From Cercozoa sp. M6MM (Eukaryota > Protista > Endomyxa: Ascetosporea), in the NCBI GenBank assembly GCA_040357565.1, contig JBDODJ010000015.1: a stretch of 64,000 bases of DNA; one strand, written 5' to 3'. Below are positions 58,140 through 64,000 of this stretch, one piece after another; within the stretch, counting starts at the first letter, position 1, and every line of letters starts with the position of its first letter. Under the pieces are notes generated by a model, which worked only from the letters and a program-made list of their open reading frames with translations, was not told the origin of the DNA and did not search any database. The position numbers and the translations under genes were made by a program.

Positions 58140-61100
58140 ATGTCCTGGACACCGAACAAGTTGAGAGAGGTGGTGACCAAGAAGCCGGAGACAGAACGTC
58201 GTTCGAAACTTTTCCAATACGACACGCCTGGTATCAATACATCGTGTTTCTTCACTGGTGCAGATTTCTAGATGCTGAGTTTTCGACTCGTTTCACAGAA
58301 GGCGCCAAAAGGAGAAAGCTCTTCCCGATAACGTCGTCTCTTGCTGCACGTAAGTTTTGTCTTCGTAATAGCTGTATTTTTTGTGATTGTTTGTGCTGGG
58401 CAGTCGACAACAGCATTGAACTCGAGGATGAAGATCCCAATCTCGTGCATCTCGAACATGTGCGTTCTTTGGTTCTTTCACCACACACATCAGTTGTTGG
58501 CTTTGATCCGATAGGAGCACGAAGCAGATGTGGTGATTTACGCGCAAGAACTCGATCACTTAGTCTACGATCTCGGTCATAGTGAGCAGCTTCCGCGCGG
58601 TCGCTTCTTTGCCACATCCGCGCGTATCTCACCTGCCCCTGGGGTAAATACGACCAAGCAGTGTCATTTTTACAGTTATTCCTTCGTGGGCTGCAGGAAT
58701 TGCGTATTCAATGGCAAAGCGGTGCCGTTGCAGCTTCACTGAACATAATTGATCGACTCGCAGTATGTGCTGGTAGTTTCTGCCTTTTGCAGTAAGATAA
58801 CGATATCTCATTGCTGTAGGAGGCGGCAGAATGGCTGAAATTCGACTACCTGTGCATCCCACTTTCGTTCGTTGCATTCTTCAGTTTTTTGTTTTCATTC
58901 CAACCGGTCTGACATAATTTTGAGCAGAGAGCAGGCAAAAGATACATGGTCCGTGCCGTGTTAATGCACATGCGAGACAAGCAGCACAAGCGAGATCTGC
59001 TCTCAGTTGTGCCGCCAGCTGAACGGTATCTCCTCTACTTTTTGTGTTTGCGTGTTTTTTTGTTCATTTGCACTTTTGCACGATAGAAAAGCGAAGGTGG
59101 CTACACTGCAACAACGTGTTTTTGATCGATTAAGCGAAACCTATGGAAACGATACCTTCGATTTCTTTTCGGAAGTCAAAGCAAATATTAGTGCGAGACA
59201 GAGTGAAGACGAAGAGAAGGCAGTGATCACTTTATCGCAAGGTACTGCATAGTTTGCAACATACTGCTTGCAACAAGTGAGTTTGTTACAGATACGAGGA
59301 TTGCGATACCGTCCGAGTACTTCGTGCAGTACCCGAGTGACTCTCTGCTACATCAGATTCGGTAAGCGTGGTTTCGTTTTGTTTCGAATTGATGCTACAG
59401 AAGGCTCACGCACAACACAACACAACACACACACACGCACACCCATATATATAACATATATAACATATATATATATATATCTATATACACACATATACGC
59501 ACAGTGACGCTTTGTCGCCGCGCGAGTCGAAACTGCTTCTCAGTGGCATCGTGCATACTTCTGGTACCTCAGATGCACTCACGTCTATGTCTTTGGTACC
59601 TTGCGTTGCAGTAACGGACAGACACACAGCGCTGCTGGACGAAGGTCAGCAGCTCAATGACAGTCTTGTCATGTACACTGGATCTGTGTTTGTCCTTTTG
59701 GTCTATCTGCTGGTATGTCTCAGGTTTTACTTGACACACCTAGTTTTGAAAGCTAAAAAGGTAAGCAACGGACAAAGCAATGTATAGCAATATGTTTCTT
59801 TTTTACAGCCCAGATTGGCTCTTGTGGACTCGCTGGCGTACCCGTGTTTTCGAGCTGCTCATAAACATTTCCGCCAGGTCACGTCGCATCGGTGTGTTTG
59901 CCCTGTTTGATTGAGTGATCTTGAGTTATGAGCTGCTCACGCAGAGGTTTTTGTGACGATGTCGCCATGCATGCCAACGTCGATGAGGTGATGTGCAATG
60001 CCGATTTTGCAAAGTTTGGACGGCGTTTGGTGTGTTTATTTTTGTAAGATGTGACTCGGTGAGTTAGGTTAATCCGTGTATAGGTGAAACAGCGATTGTT
60101 CCATCCCGAAAGACGGCTAGTGCTCTGGCCAGTGTGTTGCTTTCTACAATCTGCCTTGTATCTTGTGTATTTGTTTCAGGTGTGCATGCACCACCACTGG
60201 TACCTAGTGGTGCTGTTCAATCTGCACACAGCAGTAGAACAGTGCGATGAGTATCCAACTGCCGTCGACACAGACAATGAGAGTAGGACAAATAGGAATG
60301 CAGAGTGTATTCGGCATGTTCAAGTGACTCAACGTGCCATTGAAGAGGTACTATTGGAACCAAGTTTAGTTTAACGATGGGGTACCAACATGTTTTGTAG
60401 GCACGTGTGTGGACACAATACTCGCAAACGCAAGCACAGGCAGGCAACAGTCTCGGTTCTGTCAATGGCAGCTTTGCCGAGTACGAGGACTTTGCGCCTA
60501 CAGCAATGTCGCCGACACAGCAGGCACAAGCCAGCAACAACGATGACGGTGTGTTGCCTTCTCTGTAGCACAACACACCTTGTTGTATTCAGTTAAAGCA
60601 GACAGACCGATCGGCGACAATGCTGTCGTGGCCGTCTTTGACTCTTTGGCCGGCGAGCATACTGACTGGCGCACACTCTGCACGATTCGATGGACATTGC
60701 ACTGTCTCCTGCACTGTCACAACAGTAACCTTCCTAATACCATCTGTTCTTGCTCGTATGCGTGCTTCCCTGACAGAATACGTGCAAAAAATGAGCGAAA
60801 ACGCGCGCAAGTTGGGTATACAATAGTGCCTTGTCTGTTTAGTGTGTTTGAAGTTGTGTGTATCAGGAGGATGGCGGTACTTGAGGTGGAAACGCGGCCC
60901 TCTGCTGCGTTTCTGCAGTGCTGATGTGACGCGCCAGAGCAACCTGATCGACTGCGGTGTCTTTGTGATGGTGCCCTAACCTTGTGCAACGTGTGTCTCT
61001 TATTTGCACAGTTTTTTGTTTTCTCAGGAGTACGCGCAACGATTGGAGAAAATCGGTGCCGAGCAACACCTATTGCGTCCTCTGCAGTGTGTTTTGTGTT

Positions 61101-61303
61101 TGTTAACTCCGGTATCTTGTCCGTCACAACAATACATGCGCAGACTGAGGAGTCTGCGTGAGTGGTTCACGGAGAACGCCATCCGGGTGCGACGACGTGA
61201 AGTCCGTGCCTTGATCCATGCCGAGGTGCGGCGCAGTCTGCAAAAGGAGGCCGTTACTGACACTAGCAATGTCAATGCAACGGCTGTAGGCCTGCCTTCT
61301 TGA
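58140..61303 (+). CDS. Ulp/SENP-family SUMO protease (C48 peptidase, Ulp2-like with inserts)
   Basis: LNDSLV; LWPVC..HWYLVVL (catalytic His); FDSL (Asp); RQSNLIDCGVFVM (oxyanion Gln and catalytic Cys). Confidence 0.85.
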
Positions 61304-61380
61304 TCATGCAACGGCGCGGCATATCGAATTGCGACTTGCCGTTGCGTGGATTTACCGATTTTACGTTAAGAACTTGAAAG

Positions 61381-63859
61381 CTACCGACACGAGGCAGAGT
61401 TAGGTTGAATGCGACGCATTTCGCGCCGACCGACAGTGCTACCAGACGATTTCAGTGGGAGAAACGTGCTGCAACAAACAAATAACCTGGCATCTTGCAT
61501 GTTTTGGACAAGTGCGACTGGAAAACGGGCAGCTACCTGCTTGGCGAGATCTGAGAGTCGCGTGCGCGTGGCAGCGTCGACAAGGTCATTGCCGCCGAGA
61601 CAAATTGTGCTCAGCGAGGCGCTTTCGCGGAGATTCATGACGAGGAACTCGGCACCGGCATTGTCGATGCAGTTGTCGAACAGATCGATGCGCTGCAGCG
61701 ACGGATGGTGCATCAGCGCCTGCACCAGGATCGGAGCACGCCACTCATCTCTGCTCAGAAGAAACCTGCATCTGCAGAAAGCCGGAAAACACAAAGCTTC
61801 CAAAATCACGCATGTTACAATCGCTGGCCATTAAAGCGCAGGAAAACCAGGCCGAGATTCTGAGCGACGAGACCACAGAGAGCCTGGATGCCAGGTGCCC
61901 TGCAAATCACAAAACATACTGCTTCCAACTTTACTTGGGAAGCGTTGTGCTGCAAGGTACATTGCCTCGTCCTCAGGATGCCGCAACAGGTCTCGTTTCT
62001 TGCCCAAAACCTGCAAAAGCCAATGGCATCATCGCGCGGAAGCCGTGTAACTTGCCATACGCACACAGGATTAAACTACCACCAGGCCCTGCAAATCTGT
62101 GCGCTTCTTGTGCGTGTGTGCAAACGCCTGCACATATAATATCAGTCATACCGGCACACCCACGAGCGCGTTTCGCATACCAGAAGGTCTGCGTCGCTCG
62201 TGATTGTTGCGTGCGCCACCAGATCGCGAGGAACCTCGTACCGCTCAGCCATCTCATCGGCTACTCGAATGGAGGCATCCACCTGCGAAATCACAAATGT
62301 GAGCAACGAGGCCCCCGAGCAAGAAGCGAAAAAGAACGAAAGCGTCATACACTTTGGATGGGTGCCTCTGTGTGGCTAAAATTGCCTCCCATGCTGTCTA
62401 ACGCTTTTCCAACTATCCGACAGCTTGGTCTGGGCTTACTGAGCGTCCACAGTCCAGGAAAAATCTAGCTTCAACCTCGGAACGCCGGTTTGATCTCGTC
62501 GCCGAAAACAAAAATTGTTCTGCAGTCGGCGGGGCAGTCTTGAAAGGACTGTCGGTGAACTGGACACGTCCAGGCAACAGTGGGTCAGCCCTTTGGTCCT
62601 GGTGCAGCAAGTATACAAGGAAAAAACTAAATCTGTTTCAAGGTCCAGGTTCAGAGCGCATCAGGATACTTTTAGGACGGCATATTCTGTTACAATTTGT
62701 ATATTGTCGATAGATAACAACAAAAAATAAAATACTGTCGATATTTATAAAAATAGTCAGTGCTGTACGTCAGAAGTGGAGCACTGTGAGTGTGTGCTGT
62801 CTTCGAGAGTGTTTTGGTGCGATCAAAATTAACCGGGGATGCGGTAAGCAACCACACATTTGTTTTTTTTTTGTAATTTGGCCCGAGTGCTTCTTCAGCT
62901 TCCGTGCCGACGCGAAGGCTCACGCTGTCGTGGCACGAGCTGACGTAAAAGACACGATTCTCCATCGCCTACGGCTTCTAGGCGTGCGTGAGCGAGACTG
63001 GGTCTCACATATTGATTTGGTACTGCAGCTTTTCAAAAGGCTGCTTGAATTAGATGCCGCTTAATGTGTCCAGGCGCGACGCACTTACTCGAACTTGATT
63101 GTATCGTGTTTCTTTCATGTAAAACCGCAGTGAAATGCTTGTTTCTCGCCCAGAAATTCCGAGGGAAAGGCAAGCCACAACTCGCGGAGCAAACGGTTGA
63201 TCGCGAAGCGATTCGCCTTCGACGTGCCTTTGGGACTTTGAGAGGTTAGATCGTACTTTACCTGTCTGTCTTAATGTGTGTATTGGCACACTCGTTCAGA
63301 ACGAAACGGCAAGTCGAAACTGTTCAATGCACGCGCACTGACTTATCTTCTTGATGCGAGTATCTTCAGTTTTCGTGACACTTAGAGAGTGTAAGTTGCT
63401 TTTGCTGGTGAGGACAGCGAAAGCACTGGCCTCACCGGCCGACACAGCGAGCGCTTTCGGTTGGATCAAACGGGCAGACAACGCGCTCGTAGCTTTCACC
63501 CAGATTCAAACGAGAAATTATGGGAACCAATGTCACAGAAAGAAGAGACGATCGAACGCAAAGTAATCACAGCAAAAGGCAGCTCAACAAAAGTCGAGTT
63601 GGCGAAATTCTCGGATCTTCGCTTTCGACGGTCCGTCTTTTGCTCTTTGTGTGAAAGCTGTCTTTTTCGCCTTGAGATATTTGTCTTGTCGCTGTGTTGT
63701 AGCTTCTACAAAAGTGGCAAAAAGAGCGCGAAAGACCACGTAAGTCAAAAACTCAAAGACGGAGAAACGCGACTGTGCTTTCAAAACTTGACTCCTTTTG
63801 CACAGTTGATCTCGGAGCGCGAGTGGCTTGCCAGTAAGACAAGAGGATTTGTGGTACAT
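61381..63859 (-). CDS. Protein with C-terminal RI-like LRRs; 5' end uncertain
   Basis: HPSLQRIDLFDNCIDNAGA, LSTICLGGN; upstream exons only partly traced. Confidence 0.6.
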
Positions 63860-63892
63860 TGAGCTCCTTTTCCTTTTAGAAACTGAGGGGTA

Positions 63893-63954
63893 TGTGTGTG
63901 TGTGCTGAGTGCATGGATGCTAGTGTGTGTGTGTGTGTTGTGTGTGTGTGTGTA

Positions 63955-64000
<46 letters not shown>
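63893..64000. repeat. (GT)n microsatellite at the window end
   Basis: Direct inspection. Confidence 0.95.

Noticed and set aside
61812-62468. 218-aa plus-strand ORF
   Set aside because: Lies antisense to the LRR gene exons and has no motif support
1-64000. Alternative genetic code or systematic non-canonical splicing
   Set aside because: Conserved genes splice with GT-AG and terminate at TAA, TAG and TGA; apparent in-frame stops fall inside introns. Only two isolated anomalies were found (34258, 36844).

Overview
Gene-dense eukaryotic (protist-like, probably flagellated) genomic DNA. It uses the standard genetic code and has many short GT-AG introns (mostly about 40-120 nt), so most entries in the ORF track are exon fragments or antisense shadows. 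Manual splicing gives about 24 protein-coding genes. Recognisable ones are SMC3 (3' end runs off the window), a divergent Snu13/15.5K, a Tctex-type dynein light chain, an EVH1-CRIB-RhoGAP protein, DDX6/Dhh1 with a long Q/Y-rich N-terminus, a WWE-RING-DTC Deltex, a secreted reprolysin-type metalloprotease with a TSP1-like module, a TTLL, two LRR proteins, a Tyr/Gly-rich secreted protein, a class-3 lipase, PHAF1/UPF0183 and a Ulp/SENP protease. There is also a candidate U3 snoRNA. The standout is a ~10.3 kb minus-strand gene model (50824->40514) whose exons splice in phase into one protein: TM-[degenerate Cache-like sensor]-TM-linker-TM-[dCache with a complete amino-acid-binding motif]-TM-two-pore channel (2x6TM, EF-hand loop, charge-poor S4). 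This is a candidate amino-acid-sensing two-pore channel. All gene models were spliced by eye with no database search, so domain calls are motif-based inferences.
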